Below, in pieces: positions 13,536 to 27,365 of a stretch of DNA of 64,000 bases (position 1 is its first letter; each line of letters begins with the position of its first letter). Source of the DNA: Octopus bimaculoides (taxonomy: Eukaryota). The position numbers and the translations under genes were made by a program. The stretch is from the NCBI RefSeq assembly GCF_001194135.2, contig NC_068999.1, forward strand, positions 1,469,708-1,533,707, in the 5' to 3' direction. The notes below the pieces were generated by a model. That model ran no database searches. It had not been told where the DNA came from and saw only the letters and a program-made list of their open reading frames with translations.

Positions 13536-13989
13536 ATCATAATTATTTACTTATCTTATTATTCATTTTTTTCTCTCATGGTTCTGCGTTTTTTACGCTT
13601 TTAATCCGGCCCTGCCGAAGTATAATTCACTTGCCATATTTCTGGTACCGTTCGATAAACTAAATACATGAAAAGTTATAATGTGTTCGATACAATCAAT
13701 AACTCTATCCCACCAATACAATATTCGGTCGCGTGACTAAATTACTAATCAATATTGTAATTATTTATGTAGAATGAATGTTTTTTTTTTAAATATGTTC
13801 CGGAATTAAATTGGAAGTATTCATAACCTCTCACTATTATCTTCATTATTAGCAATTATTCATCATTAATGTCGTAATTATCATCAGAAATAATTGTTAT
13901 TTATTAATATTTAAATTTCAATGTTTTATAGCAGAAAACGTCTTCGAATGTCAGACGAACAATCTCGTAATATTTATTTTTATGTCCAG

Positions 13990-14100
13990 AAGGCGGCGCT
14001 GAGCTGACAGAATCGTTAACACGCCGCGCAAAATGTTCAGTACCATTTCCGCCGTCTAAACGTCCTAAGTTCAAATACTGCAGAGATCGACTTTGCCCTT
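13990..14100 (+). mobile_element. SINE family A, 5' half
   Basis: ggcggcgctgagctgacagaatcgttaacacgcc...aagttcaaatactgcagagatcgactttgcc. Confidence 0.8.
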
Positions 14101-15078
14101 GAATCTCGTAATCGAGATTTTTTTTTTTTTTTGTGCATATTGAATGCTTCCATCCAAGTGTTCTCTGAGGTAAGAGAACTCAGCTGTTTGGGGCTGTATA
14201 CATCATCAGGAAGAGAGTGTTTGTATGTATGTTTATTCCCCGAGTTTTATTTAAGTTCTTCTAAAGAGTGTTCAAGTCGGTCGCCAACAAAGCGTCAAGA
14301 GTTCCCAGTGTTTGTAAATATGTAGTAGAGTTGCTGTATTATTTGAGCCGTCGAAGCACCCTCATGTGTGTGCATCTCTTTATCTCAGAAATAATCTCAG
14401 ATGGAGAAACTTTGAAATATCCTTTGTGCATATGTATATATGTATGTGTATGTAAATATGTAAGTATGTTTGTATGTGTGTGCATGTGTGTGTGAGCTAA
14501 GATAATGTGAAATTAAGAATTGGTAAAAAAAAATCGAATTTCAATAGTTAAAAACAATAACAGTTAATATCTTTGACAGATCAAAAGATGACAACTCGAT
14601 GTATAATGTTAAGATAAGTTCAGAAAAGTCTATGTGTGTGTGTGTGCATGTTTCTGAGTGTGATTGAATGCATAGAAAATGATAGTACTCTCTTTAAAGT
14701 TTAACTCGTCAAGGGCTGGGATGGTGGTACGTTTCATAGTTCAGTGGGTAGATGTAGGGGTGGGGAACGTATTTAGATTTAGTACATGCCGCCATATTTT
14801 AAAGATAAAAAAAACACACACACACAATGAAGTGAAATGGTTGGTACACATTCCGTTTTCTTTGTTTCGCTTTTTTTGCTTTTTTTTTTGTTGAATGTTC
14901 ATTTAATATATTCCGAATTGTTTTATGTTTCATGAATTGAAAAGTTAAAAGAGAGATATCATACAAATACATTGGTTTTAAGGACCATACAAACAAACAC
15001 TTACACATAATCACTCACACAAACATACATAATATACCGAGTACATATTTGCATATGTAAGTATATATACATACACAT

Positions 15079-15109
<31 letters not shown>

Positions 15110-15226
15110 CATATATAAATGCATATAAATATGCATACATACATATATATNNNNNNNNNNNNNNNNNNNNNNNNNNNNNNNNNNNNNNNNNNNNNNNNNN
15201 NNNNNNNNNNNNNNNNNNNNNNNNNN

Positions 15227-15258
<32 letters not shown>

Positions 15259-16974
15259 GTATATGCGTATATAAAAGGCCCAAGAGTATACGCTCGCCTG
15301 TGTATATGCATGGATATATGTGCGTCTGTGTGTGTGTGTGTCAGACCGAGTGTTTGTGTGCATATATATACCTTTGCGTGTGTTTGAGAGAGAGAGTGTG
15401 TGTATAGTTATTAATGTCTGTATATATATATTTATATTTACATCTATACGAATTTATGTATGTATCTATCTACCTATCTACTTATCTATTTATCTACCTA
15501 CCTATCTATCTATAAATAGATAGACAGATATCTTTATGTGTACATATATACATATATGCATATGTCAAAAAATATATGTATATATAAAAAGGAACGATAC
15601 ATATGCATCCAAATACATATACATATGTTAATACATACATACACACACATCGGCATATGTTTATATAGACACACACACTTGCACGTTCCCACACAGGATA
15701 AATGCACAGACACACGCATACATATACACAGACACAAACAAGTGTGCGCCCATAATTTTAGGATGATAAATTGTCCGGCTATCGTTATTTATACTGTGTA
15801 AACTACACTATAATTATCTGGTATTTATATCGACATATAGGAAATGAATATACATCAAGCCGTGTAAATTATAACAAAATGCTGTTCAGTGTTAGACAGG
15901 ACTTCATACATATTTGTTAATACAGAAACACAAAGAACGACACAAAAAAACATATGTACGTGCCTCTTACTCAATCACATATCATTGTGTGTATTTAATT
16001 GTTTATCAAATTATTTTTCTAACATTTTAATACCGACGTGTATATATCTGCACACTTGCACACACACACATATACATATGTATACACACATGTATACATG
16101 AATACATATATGCATACATACATATTAATGGCAAACAAGAAGAATGCAGAGTGGAAGCCAGTTTACAAATGTTTCATCCTAATACAATACTAAATTTGTA
16201 TGTTGGTCTGATAGTGAAAATCCGTGGATGAGCATAATACGATAAAAACCAGGGTTACATACACCAACCAAATTTTAATACACACATACATACATATTAT
16301 ACACACACACATAAAAGAACACCAACGTGTGGAAGTGTTCATGCGTATACACGTTCCATATATACTTGCTATGTGTCTATCGCTGGTTCCTTCCTCTCTT
16401 TCACGGAAAATGAACGTGATCATAACAAACTTCCCAATATAAGGAAATTGCAACATGTCAGCTACAACTGCGAGAGACCTTCATTTCACAAAGGACGTCG
16501 CATGATGCAATCGTTATCGCTGGTCCAGAAGCAAAAGGAAACCATTGTACGTAAGCCCCTCCCTTGATTCGGAGGCGCATACAAACGAAATCTTACTAAT
16601 ATTAAAGAGAAATCTCTAATACGTAAACATTCTATGATACTTCTGAATTTGTGTTGATATAACTGAATGTTCTGAGGCAGGGGAATAAAATTAATAAAAT
16701 TGTCTCTATCATTGTAACTACATGTGACGTTTTCTTCTTTATGTCTCCACATTTTTCAGGGTTTAAATAAAGGTTATTGGTTGGATAGCACATAAGAATT
16801 AATTGGATATCTAACCGAAGGCATCCGAGATAGAGAAATATGACGTGAGATAATGTGGAAATATTAGTTTGTTTATGCTTATATACATACATACTCGTAT
16901 ACCTACATATATATACATACATATATACAGAGGAAGAGGAAGGGAGAGAGATAGAGATAGAGACGGCATGTCAA

Positions 16975-16975
<1 letters not shown>

Positions 16976-17037
<62 letters not shown>
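16976..17037. repeat. (GATA)n microsatellite
   Basis: Directly visible; a second array lies at about 17503-17577. Confidence 0.95.
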
Positions 17038-17038
<1 letters not shown>

Positions 17039-17149
17039 CTGCACTTCAATTTGAATTTCATTTTAAAGGGTTCGACGAAATCTATGTTGTGTATTAATCT
17101 TATAAGTCGATTGCTGTATGCGATCTATATTTTATCTGTGCATTCTCAG

Positions 17150-17222
17150 ATGTAATGCAAGGAATTTTGCGAGCTTTATCAGTACCTGCAGCTCCTCTCA
17201 TCGATGGATTAAGATATTTAGG
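17150..17222 (+). CDS. Candidate internal exon (73 nt), product unknown
   Basis: Acceptor tttatctgtgcattctcAG with a long AG-free tract and donor AGG|GTGAGT. Two frames are open (VMQGILRALSVPAAPLIDGLRYLG or CNARNFASFISTCSSSHRWIKIFR). No recognised homology. Confidence 0.35.
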
Positions 17223-17501
17223 GTGAGTAGCATTCTATAGAAAAGCGAATTGTAAAGCAGAGCGAAATAGATATATACACCCATCTTAAATTTCGTAGGT
17301 GAACTTGGATCAATTTCTGACTTGTGTCAGTAAAAAGGAGAGTTCTCATAAATGCCATTGTTCAACATCCAACGTATCTCCGAGTCTGACTGTAAACCAC
17401 AGACCATTGCATACAAACACATAGATATACATGTATAAATAATTATATCTATAAGTATGTATAAATGCATGTATATATATTTTAGTGTATATTTATATAG
17501 G

Positions 17502-17577
<76 letters not shown>

Positions 17578-18619
17578 CATATATAGATACACATATACAT
17601 ACTGAGTGTTTGTAATATACTATAAAAAAATTATAATAAATAATAAAAAATCATATCACATATATATATATATATACATATGAATAGTATAATAGTATGT
17701 GTACATATATATATTTATATATGGATATATATTATAGGTGTGTGTGCGTTTGTGTGTGAGTGTACGCATACAAATGCACACAAGTTTGTCAGCTGTAAAT
17801 TGAACATGATCGATGTTACACCTGGTATATTTATTATGGTGTCTGTATAATACCCAGCATCATTCGATTATTTCTCTTGTTCTTTCCCTCTCTCTCTCTT
17901 TCACTCTCTCCCTCGTATTCTATCACTTACCATTGATATTCTTAACTTAAACCTCCCCGATTTACTTTATTATCTTCTTTAAATATCTATGCAAGTCCAT
18001 TCTTCTTTATATTATATCTTACTATATAATATTTCCTCAAACGTTACTCCGTACTCCATTTATATTTTTGTCAGTTGTAATTCCACCATCTTGTTTCTCT
18101 CCTTTTCATTTTAATGTTACCCTCCGCCAAAACACTTGTCATTTTCGTAACTGATTTTCCCCATCTTTATGATCAGTTTTTATTACATTTTACATATTTT
18201 CTTTTATATTCATCTCACATTCCTTCTACATTTAACTTACTATTTTCCCTGATTAATATTTATGTTTTTCCTCCAATTGGCATTTGTATTTTGGCAAATG
18301 GCGTATATTTCAATTTTTGTAATTTTATTTTTCTATAACTATGTACATCATATATTTCTCTTTATCTCTTTCTATCTCTCTATTTTTATTTTGTCTCTCC
18401 ATGTGTGTGTGTGTGTGTGTGCGTGCCTACATTCCATATGTCCTTATCGTGTTTTGTATGTGCTGGTTCTTTACTTTTCACCTTCATTCAGTTAACACAG
18501 CAAAACACATAGATAAAAGCGGACTCGCATGTTTCAACCTGCTCCAACCCCTTCTCCCACTCCTTCACTCCTATCCCTCGCACACCATAACCGTTGTTCT
18601 CTCTCTCATAATAAATTGA

Positions 18620-18687
<68 letters not shown>

Positions 18688-18887
18688 ATGTGGACATATA
18701 TATTCACATACAGACATACTCACACATATACATATATGTATGTATGTGTGGTTTTGGCAGGTTCACAGTATGCCCCAAATCATTGAGAGAGAAAAGTGTA
18801 AACGAACCGCAGTTTACTAAGAAGCTTGAAAATAATACCAACGTTTAACATCATATGAAATTACATGCATTTCACTTCACATCTCTC

Positions 18888-18928
<41 letters not shown>

Positions 18929-19009
18929 CCATTTAAATATTATATATATGATATAGGCATGTGCTTTTGTCTATGTGCTTGTGCTGGTAAATTTCACTTT
19001 TATATTGTT

Positions 19010-19700
19010 CAGTATAAATATTTTCCATACAGTGTCCCTCAGGGTTCTGTACTGGTTCCATTGTTCTTTAACATTAACAAAAATAATCAACAGGAATTTG
19101 TTAATAGTGAATGTTTTCTCTTGGTCGATTACGTATGCATAGCGTGACAAACTTGAGCAAAACAAGTCCGTATGCCGTTTTTAAGAACCAACGTTCTTAC
19201 TTTATGAGACTGAAACATAATTATGAATCCTGCAAAAACAGAATTTTGTGCATTTCATCTAAGAAACGTGGAAACACGTAGCAAGTTTTATATCATTTTA
19301 ACGGGAATAAAACTGGAACGCAGCCAGAATTACAAACATTTTTCTTATGTTTCTTCACAGCAGAATAACATTTGTGAACACTTAAATGTTCTAACATCGA
19401 AATTGAACGAATGGAATTAAAATCAATCACAATTCAAGAAATTATCAGAAAGATTGGAAAACACTCACAATAATAGCCTTGGCACTATTGCTGTTTTGAT
19501 GTCGAATGTGCGTGTCCGCTTAGGGTTGGGATCTCCATTACAAGACCTTTGATTGCTATTCACAAACAGAATTTGTTGTAGATAAGAGTTTGTTTCCGGT
19601 GCACCATCATCAATCATCCAAGCCTATTGAGTGAGACATTTCGCCTATGAGGAGAAATATCACCCAAAAAGCAGTGAAGCATAAGCAGCTGTTTGAAGAA
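19010..19700 (+). mobile_element. Decayed LINE reverse-transcriptase fragment, Ingi/Vingi-like (I group)
   Basis: Translates with frameshifts to SVPQGSVLVPLFFNI...FLLVDYVCIA (PQGSVL and YADD-equivalent motifs), NPAKTEFCAFHLRN, and TLTIIALAL...VECACP. The clade call rests on recalled motifs. Confidence 0.7.
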
Positions 19701-20354
19701 AGTTATTTTCAAAATATAGGAAGAACACAACAATAAAAAACAATTTCGTTGGTGTTTTTATTCATATTGGCTTCTTCTATGGAACTGCTGCTTTCTGGAA
19801 CTCACGGCCATCGTTTTGTTTTTAACTAAACTATAGTATTCAGCTCATTAAGCATTGCATCATTGGACATCTTTCGAATTTGTAGACACCACCACTTTTT
19901 CTTGTAAAAAATAGGGGTGACTGTAATAAACGTTCAGGGAGTATGGACTTTCATCAAGCATGTCTATTTAGATTCGAGAACAGCCGAGAGAGACAAGGGC
20001 TTCTGCCCGTTAAAGACACAGCGATCTACGATCCGTGGATTGCTTTGCTTTGCGCCCCATCGAGGTTTCTCGTCTCTCAGTAAGACTGTATCATCCATGT
20101 TGTGTTCACATATTTTCTAGATTCTCAATAGTTTTATCTCATTTCATCTCCTTTATCTTCCTCTTTCCGCGTTCCTTAATCTTTTACGTAAGCCAACGCA
20201 GAAATTTTAAGCTCTCCTTGCAATGTCTCCCTCACTGGTGTCCCTGTGGCAAATAAAAGAAATCATCTTCCTTCATCTTCTTATCATTATTCTTCTTACT
20301 GTTGTTGATGTTGTTTTAGTTGTCGTCGTTGTACAGTTGCTATTATTAGTTTTG

Positions 20355-20383
20355 ATGATGATAACGATGATGATGATGATGAC

Positions 20384-20427
<44 letters not shown>

Positions 20428-20495
20428 CGATGATGACGATGATGATGACGACGATGATGATGATGATCATCATCATCATCATCATCATCAGCATC
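20355..20495. repeat. (GAT)n/(CAT)n compound microsatellite
   Basis: Directly visible. Confidence 0.9.
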
Positions 20496-21006
20496 ATGAT
20501 AATGGATTCAGTTGTCTTTGATATCTGAAAAGCTAACCATTATTCAGAGGGATTCTAACCCCGATGTTATTTCCGAATCCCTGCATGATGTAAAATTGAT
20601 GCGTTGCCTGCCTATCTCTCTCTCAATGGATTCTTGCCTTGTAGCTATTCCATTGATTACATGACAAGAAGAATTTCTCTGATCTCCAAGTCAGCGGTAT
20701 CCAGTTGTGTAGCTTTCATGAAAACATGTCTTCTTCAAAAATGTTTAATCAAATGTTTTATGGCACTTAAAATTAAAAGGAACAACTGCAAGTTCATGCA
20801 TCTCGTCTTAAGCAAGTATTTCATCTGCAACTATCTCTCATGTTGGTATTATGACATCATTGAATCCTTTGTGTTATATCTCCAAGCGATAATAACAATT
20901 AAAAAGTCATTTGTACAGAGATCTTATATATAAACTCATTAAATGCATTGGATTGTAAAAATATAATTACAAGCATATCTTCCAGTTGTTCCCATGAATT
21001 AGAAAT

Positions 21007-21046
<40 letters not shown>

Positions 21047-21555
21047 TGTATATGTCTGTTAGATTATATTCTAGTCACAGAGATACCTACAAACACACAG
21101 ACAAATACAAAGCGCACATTTTGATATTTTTCGTTAAATTTTATTCTTTACAAGCACCAAACAGATCTGTCCATGGACGGTAGCAGTGTCGCAGAAATTC
21201 CTGTGAGAGAAAAGGTTGCCAGATTGTCGTTTCAGAGAGAATAAGAAAGAGAAGAAAAGGGATATTTAGGGAGAATGGAATCACTTCCAAGATTTCAGTA
21301 AATATATTAAAGACATAAAAATGTGTTGGAGGAATTTGTACTCAGTGAACGAGGAAATATACTCGTAGTGCTTCAAAGACAGGAGAATATAAAGAGATGC
21401 ATAAAACTTCTGTGAGCAGTTGGGTTTGCTTGTTTTCAGGTTCTGTGTGCGTTTTAATGCGTAGGGGCAGCATTTTACATACATATATACGCACCTGGAC
21501 TCACGAACACATGAAAGTATAAACACATATATAAACAGAAAACAGGGATGCAAAC

Positions 21556-21918
21556 AGATTCAAAATTCTTCCAAGGCTGGGGCCATGAGCCATACACCCA
21601 CTACACATTTTAGGATCAAAACACATGAATACACTTCAACACAACTTCTCTTGATCAACAGGTCATGTTCAATTTAACATTATCATAAAACAAACCAAAG
21701 AAACAGGTCCCACCACTTTTAAACGAAACCTGAACAAATTTCTTCAGGCGATACCAGATAAGCAACCTGTACTTGAGTACAACTCAGTCATCGTCTCCCT
21801 ATGTGAATGGGCCATGATACAACAAAATTTTACTAGGAGATTACATAACATTTCCTATCAGGTGGTGCCATTAAGTTAACCATAGCCTGGGCCAATCTTT
21901 AGCTGAATCGTATCTAAT
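21556..21918 (+). mobile_element. CR1/L2-group LINE 3' end (decayed)
   Basis: Frame reads FKILPRLGP*AIHP...TLQHNFS*STGHVQFNII...PTTFKRNLNKFLQAIPDKQPVLEYNS...SLCEWA, resembling the (G)P.LFN...FK..L.KFL..IPD.P ORF2 C-terminus, followed by a short 3' UTR. Confidence 0.7.
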
Positions 21919-22596
21919 GTATATATGTTATATGTACTCCAGCACATATGTATCTACACTTCTGTTAAAGGAAGAGCAATATTGTAACAAACATAAACAC
22001 CTCCATTATTCGAACGTAGACTACAGAAGCAGTGTCACATTTTGAGAAAAATCTTGCATATATTAATTGCTTCTCATTCAAATTGAAAATATAATGTGCG
22101 TGTAAGCTAGTTGGTGAGCAAATGTATGTATGTATGTATGTATGTATGTATCTATGTATGTATACATGTAATTGTGTATGTATGTACATATATGTGTGTA
22201 TGAATTCATTGGCTTGTCTGTCGATGTTACATGTTTATACAACATGAAATGCACATATGTATTGTCTATGTATGTATATACGTATGCATTTACGTATGCA
22301 TACATACGCATGTGTGTCCGCGCGTGTGTATACATGCGCGCACGTGTGTGCGTAGACTTTGTGTATGTATACATATTCATGTATCAGAAAGGCCACGTGA
22401 AAAAGAACTACTTGGTAATAATTAAATCGTTGGCAATTAACAGCAGATGTGATTAAGCTTGTATATGACAATCTCACATAAATTGAAATCTTGCTCAAAC
22501 ATGCAATATTCTGTGAAAGTAACGACATTCTAAGTAAAAGCAGCTAGAATTCCACACCATATACATGCTAATAGGTATATACATAAAAAGGGATGC

Positions 22597-22655
<59 letters not shown>

Positions 22656-22911
22656 CATATAACATTATATATATGTATTAATGCACGCACACACACACAC
22701 ATACACACATACACACATATATATAGTGTGTGTGTGTGTATAGTGTGAAAGAGAAAGAGATGAGCGCAAATTTATTCGCATATATATTGGTATTATAGAC
22801 ACAGACACACACACACACACATACATATATATATATGCACACACGTGATTAGCTATTTATATACATATATCATATGTAGAAAGACACACAGAGATCTGCT
22901 TATATATAATT

Positions 22912-22977
<66 letters not shown>

Positions 22978-23284
22978 GGGGGGGATGTTTGTATGTATGT
23001 GTGGGTGTTTGTGATTGTGCATGCGTATGTATGTGTATGCATAAGCGTATTGTTTTTATAACCATACATATATATATATATATATGCGTCAGTCCAGTTA
23101 TGTAAAAGCTGGTATGTCTGGAATTAATGCTATGTTTTCCACCTGCTGGCATTGCAAATATGTGCAGTTTTAACACATAAAACAAGTGTATGTCTATATG
23201 CATTTACAGTCATGTGATTTTCATAAAAATGCAGGCATATATAAACACATACATACGCACCTCTCTCTCTCATTCTCTCTCTGT

Positions 23285-23329
<45 letters not shown>

Positions 23330-23702
23330 AATACAGCGAGATATTGGATATTTAGTACTTCTTGACTTACCGATTAACGTTTTGCTGAAGATTTTCAAAG
23401 AGTACATTGTCAGTTCAATAAAGTGCTGCTGTTCCCAGCCCACTTCATATGTTTTCGGTATCAACTTACCAAAAATGGAATACTTCAGTTGCAGTCTTGG
23501 AGACAAATATACTGGTTCGATCCTTTATATGTGTGTGTGTGCGCGCGCGCGCGTTTATTACATTTGTCGAGAAGAAGCAAAGGAAGTAAATAGATTTAAA
23601 GCACTTGGGAAAAGGTTAATATCGATGTTTTCTTAGGTGTATATACGTATGTGTTTCCCTCTCTACCTTTCCCAGTAGGTGTATGCGTTTCCCCCACACC
23701 TT

Positions 23703-23819
<117 letters not shown>

Positions 23820-24083
23820 CTTCTCTTTTGTCTCACTATATACATATATATTTGTCGACACATAATTAAATGGATAGATAGATAGATATTCACAGACGCT
23901 CATATATATGTGTGTATATATATATGCTATACAAATAATTGTGACGCATCAATGGTTGCAGATGTGCCTCGTCAAGTGAATTGTCAAGAGGTATTCCGCT
24001 CTTTCCCTTTCGTTTCGCTTATTTTGGTAGCTGTGTGTAACTGTTCTCACACAGGAGAAAGCTAAAGATAAAAAGAATAATCA

Positions 24084-24165
24084 CTTGAAGAATGATTTGT
24101 ACAGCATTTCACCCTCGAGGGGCCTATGCAGGATGGGTCGAAACAATCGAAGTGATTATAAAAAA
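24084..24165 (+). mobile_element. Penelope-like-element terminus-like short repeat (copy 2)
   Basis: cttgaagaa...tgtacagca...atgcaggatgggtcgaaacaatcgaagtgattataaaaaa; homologous to 1588-1656. Confidence 0.35.
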
Positions 24166-24429
24166 TCTCGTGAATTCCATGGTCTTTCTCTTTATCTCAT
24201 GTCTTACAAACTCTACGACCACAAATGTAATTCCTGAAATAATTATAGTAGCACTTATACTTATTTCCATACAGATGATGACGTCAGGTAACCGAATACA
24301 GTGAAGGGGCTTTGAATGCCATTCTAAAAGTTGTATAGTCACATTTAAAATTCTTACTTATGTAAAAATTGTTAATTATGTATGCATATATGTATTTATG
24401 TTTGTGCACATACATATGACTGTTAATTC

Positions 24430-24471
<42 letters not shown>

Positions 24472-24487
24472 GAGTCGTATTTCCAGT

Positions 24488-24678
24488 TCAAACATTAACT
24501 CGCCGGGCGAAATGCTTACCTATATTTCGTCTGCCGCTACGTTCTGAGTTCAAATTCCGCCGAAGTCGACTTTGCCTTTCATCCTTTCGCGGTCGATAAA
24601 TTAAGTACCAGTTGCATCTAATCGACTGGAACCCTCCCCCAAAATTTTGTGTCATTTGCCTAGAGTAGAAAAGAATTT
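24488..24678 (+). mobile_element. SINE family A
   Basis: cgccgggcgaaatgctta...gttctgagttcaaattccgccgaagtcgactttgcctttcatcctttcgcggtcgataaattaagtaccag. Confidence 0.9.
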
Positions 24679-25615
24679 TCTCTCTTGTTGAAATTATGTT
24701 GAATCATCTGAGAGAAATATGAGTGCATTGTGTAGAAAAGCAAAGCACGAAGGCGAGTATTGCTGCGTTTCTAAGAACAATTTTGGTGTTCCTTACAAGT
24801 TTTCCATTTGTTTTTGGCGATACTGTTCTGTAAAATCTTGTTAAATTAACATCGAAGCCACACTTTGTATATCAGAAAGGGGTGTGTACTGCAGCTTTCA
24901 GAGCAATTTTTTTTTTTTTTTACAAGTTCTCCTTTTGTTCTTGGCGTTGTTGTCTTTAAGATATCGTTAATGTAACTTCAAGACAACACGTTGTATATTC
25001 TGCCAAACAATCTTGTAGACAGACATTTTCACTCCAAGGTCAGATATTTTTGTCTAACATTCAATGGCGAAACTTTCAAAAGTAATACGATTGGACAATA
25101 TTTTATCTTATCTTTATTACTGTCCTTAATACTTAAATGTATTTTCTTCTCTTTGATCTTCACACTCATTACATTCTGCTGTTTCCCGGACAATACTTTC
25201 TTTCCTTCCGTTAATTTTCTTTATATGTTTTTTTTCCCCTCTGTTCTTCGTTTCTCCCCCCCCCCTCTTCCCCTATTTTTCATCTTCTTCCGTATCTTTT
25301 TTATTTCCATCGTTTTGCTTTTTCCTTTCATATTGCTTTTCTTTGTTCTTGTCAGTCACTTATCTTATTACATCTACCTACCGCTATGAGGTCTACCTAC
25401 TTATGGTAATTACTTGAAGCCGAACGAAGAAAGTCCTCCTTCAAAGCTAAAGTGTTCTTGGTATCGATTCAGCGACTTTGATGGACAGTAGATTCGAAAT
25501 GTGGCTCTTTCGTCTACACTCTCCACGTACTGCTCGCCCAAGCCGCCATCACTCCAGTAACCGTGAAAATGCATACATACATATAGATATGTGTATGTGA
25601 GTGTGTATGTGTGTG

Positions 25616-25647
<32 letters not shown>

Positions 25648-25915
25648 TGTATGTATGTATGTATGTATGCATGTATAGACGCGTTTCAAAGATGAACTCG
25701 TGCAACAAATGATTTGATCTTAGACCTCGTGCTGAAAATACGGCCATTACTTCCTGGAAAAAACAAACGCGTCAGTGACCAGGCTGTAGATAATGTGACC
25801 AAAATTTTGACACTGAATAATAAATGATTGACTGATGTTAACAGGTTTTGTATGTTTCTAAATATGCAGACTGTGTTGTCTATACTCTAATGAGAGACAC
25901 AGAGCGAGAGGGAGG

Positions 25916-25951
<36 letters not shown>

Positions 25952-27111
25952 AAAGAGAGCGTTAATTGAAAATATTTTCTACGCATCGTTGTATCCTGTG
26001 GAATTTTCCGTGAGATTTATTCTGTTGTATGTGTTTCTCTTCTATATATCTAATATTTATCGTGTCACCATTATAAGAGCTAATTTCAGTACCTCAAAAT
26101 TATGTAAAAGTATTATAATCCATTCACATGTATTACGTATACATTCACACTTTATGCATAAATCAAAAGTGAGAGAAAAAGAGAAAGAGTGAGAAACAGA
26201 GAGAAAGAGCAACAGAGTAGATGCGGAAGAGACAGCTATAGCAAGTGCAAGAAAAATACATATATTGATAAATAGGGTCAGATACGTAGACAAATATTTT
26301 TCATAAAAATCACGAAACGATACAAAACTGGACAAACCAAAAAGCAAAAATGTCTAATTGATCGGTAAACAAACGGACTACGTTTTGTGGGAAAATTGAT
26401 TTTCGCCATTTTTGATTTCATTGAAATTTTTACTTGTTGACCGATAGTCACTTCAAACAGCTATTGGTCTTCAAGAAGCAAACAATGTCATCACAAGAAT
26501 TTAATGGTCTTTGTCAAATGATTCTAAGGACAATTCGTTTTATATATTCTGATATTTTGTGGTTTTTTTTCCTCTGTCTGGTTTGATTTACTTATTTATT
26601 TATTTGGTTGTATTTTCAAAATTTTATTCATCTGCTTTTTTCTTTCTTTTTTTTCTCTACTCTTTTTATCACTTGGCGCCATAAACTAGTAATTTATTCC
26701 CTCTATCTCCTGGAGATAAATGAGGGAAGCTTTCAATTTGTTATTCAATATTTTGCTATTCTAGAATCTTCCTTCACTCTTCATTGGTGAATTATTCAAA
26801 TGTTTCGTCCATTGGTACATTTTTTCATTTTTTCATTTCTATATTGTTTTTGTTGTTGGTTTTCATAGATTTTTTTTTTTTCGTCGACAGTAATCTTTTT
26901 GTAGTTCCTCAGAAATTGCTATCAATGTTACTGTTGTTGCTGTTTCTTGTCTGCAAATTCTTTAAATTCTTTACATTTGTCGTTTATGATCTTTTTGTTA
27001 TATTTATTCATTGTTGTTGAGGTTTCTCGATATCTTTATTGTTGTTATTGAAGATGACAGCTTTTTTTTTATTATTGTATTCCTTATATCGGTATATCCC
27101 GGCTACAATCA

Positions 27112-27215
27112 AAGTCGATTGTATTGACCACAGACTGATGACTGGTATTTATGCTTTATTGACCCAAGAGGGATAAAAGGCAAAATTTACAAGGGCAGTA
27201 TTTGAACTCCGAAAA
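27112..27215 (-). mobile_element. Degenerate SINE family A
   Basis: agtcgattgtattgacc...actggtattt...ttattgaccc...gataaaaggcaaa...atttgaactc is the reverse complement of the family A core. Confidence 0.65.
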
Positions 27216-27365
27216 TCGAAGTTTCGAACAATGTGAAGGAAAGAAAGGCGGAAAAAAAAGAAAATCAACGTTGTCTGGTCGTCTGCAATTTTAGTGAGGT
27301 GAAAAGCTTACTTTTAACAATTCCCCTAAAAGTATTCGAGTCAATGTTGCAATAAACACATGTCG

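Noticed and set aside
20604-20933. 109-aa ORF in unique sequence
   Set aside because: TTG start, no recognisable motif and no convincing splice boundaries.
21155-21199. Minus-strand peptide NFCDTATVHGQICLV resembling the DEG/ENaC N-terminal FCxxTTxHG motif
   Set aside because: The frame stops within about six further codons with no TM1 and only a weak donor; most likely a chance match. A tBLASTn or RNA-seq check could overturn this.
25403-25572. Minus-strand 53-aa ORF ending QEHFSFEGGLSSFGFK, superficially GyrB-like
   Set aside because: Too short, no splice acceptor and no flanking homology.
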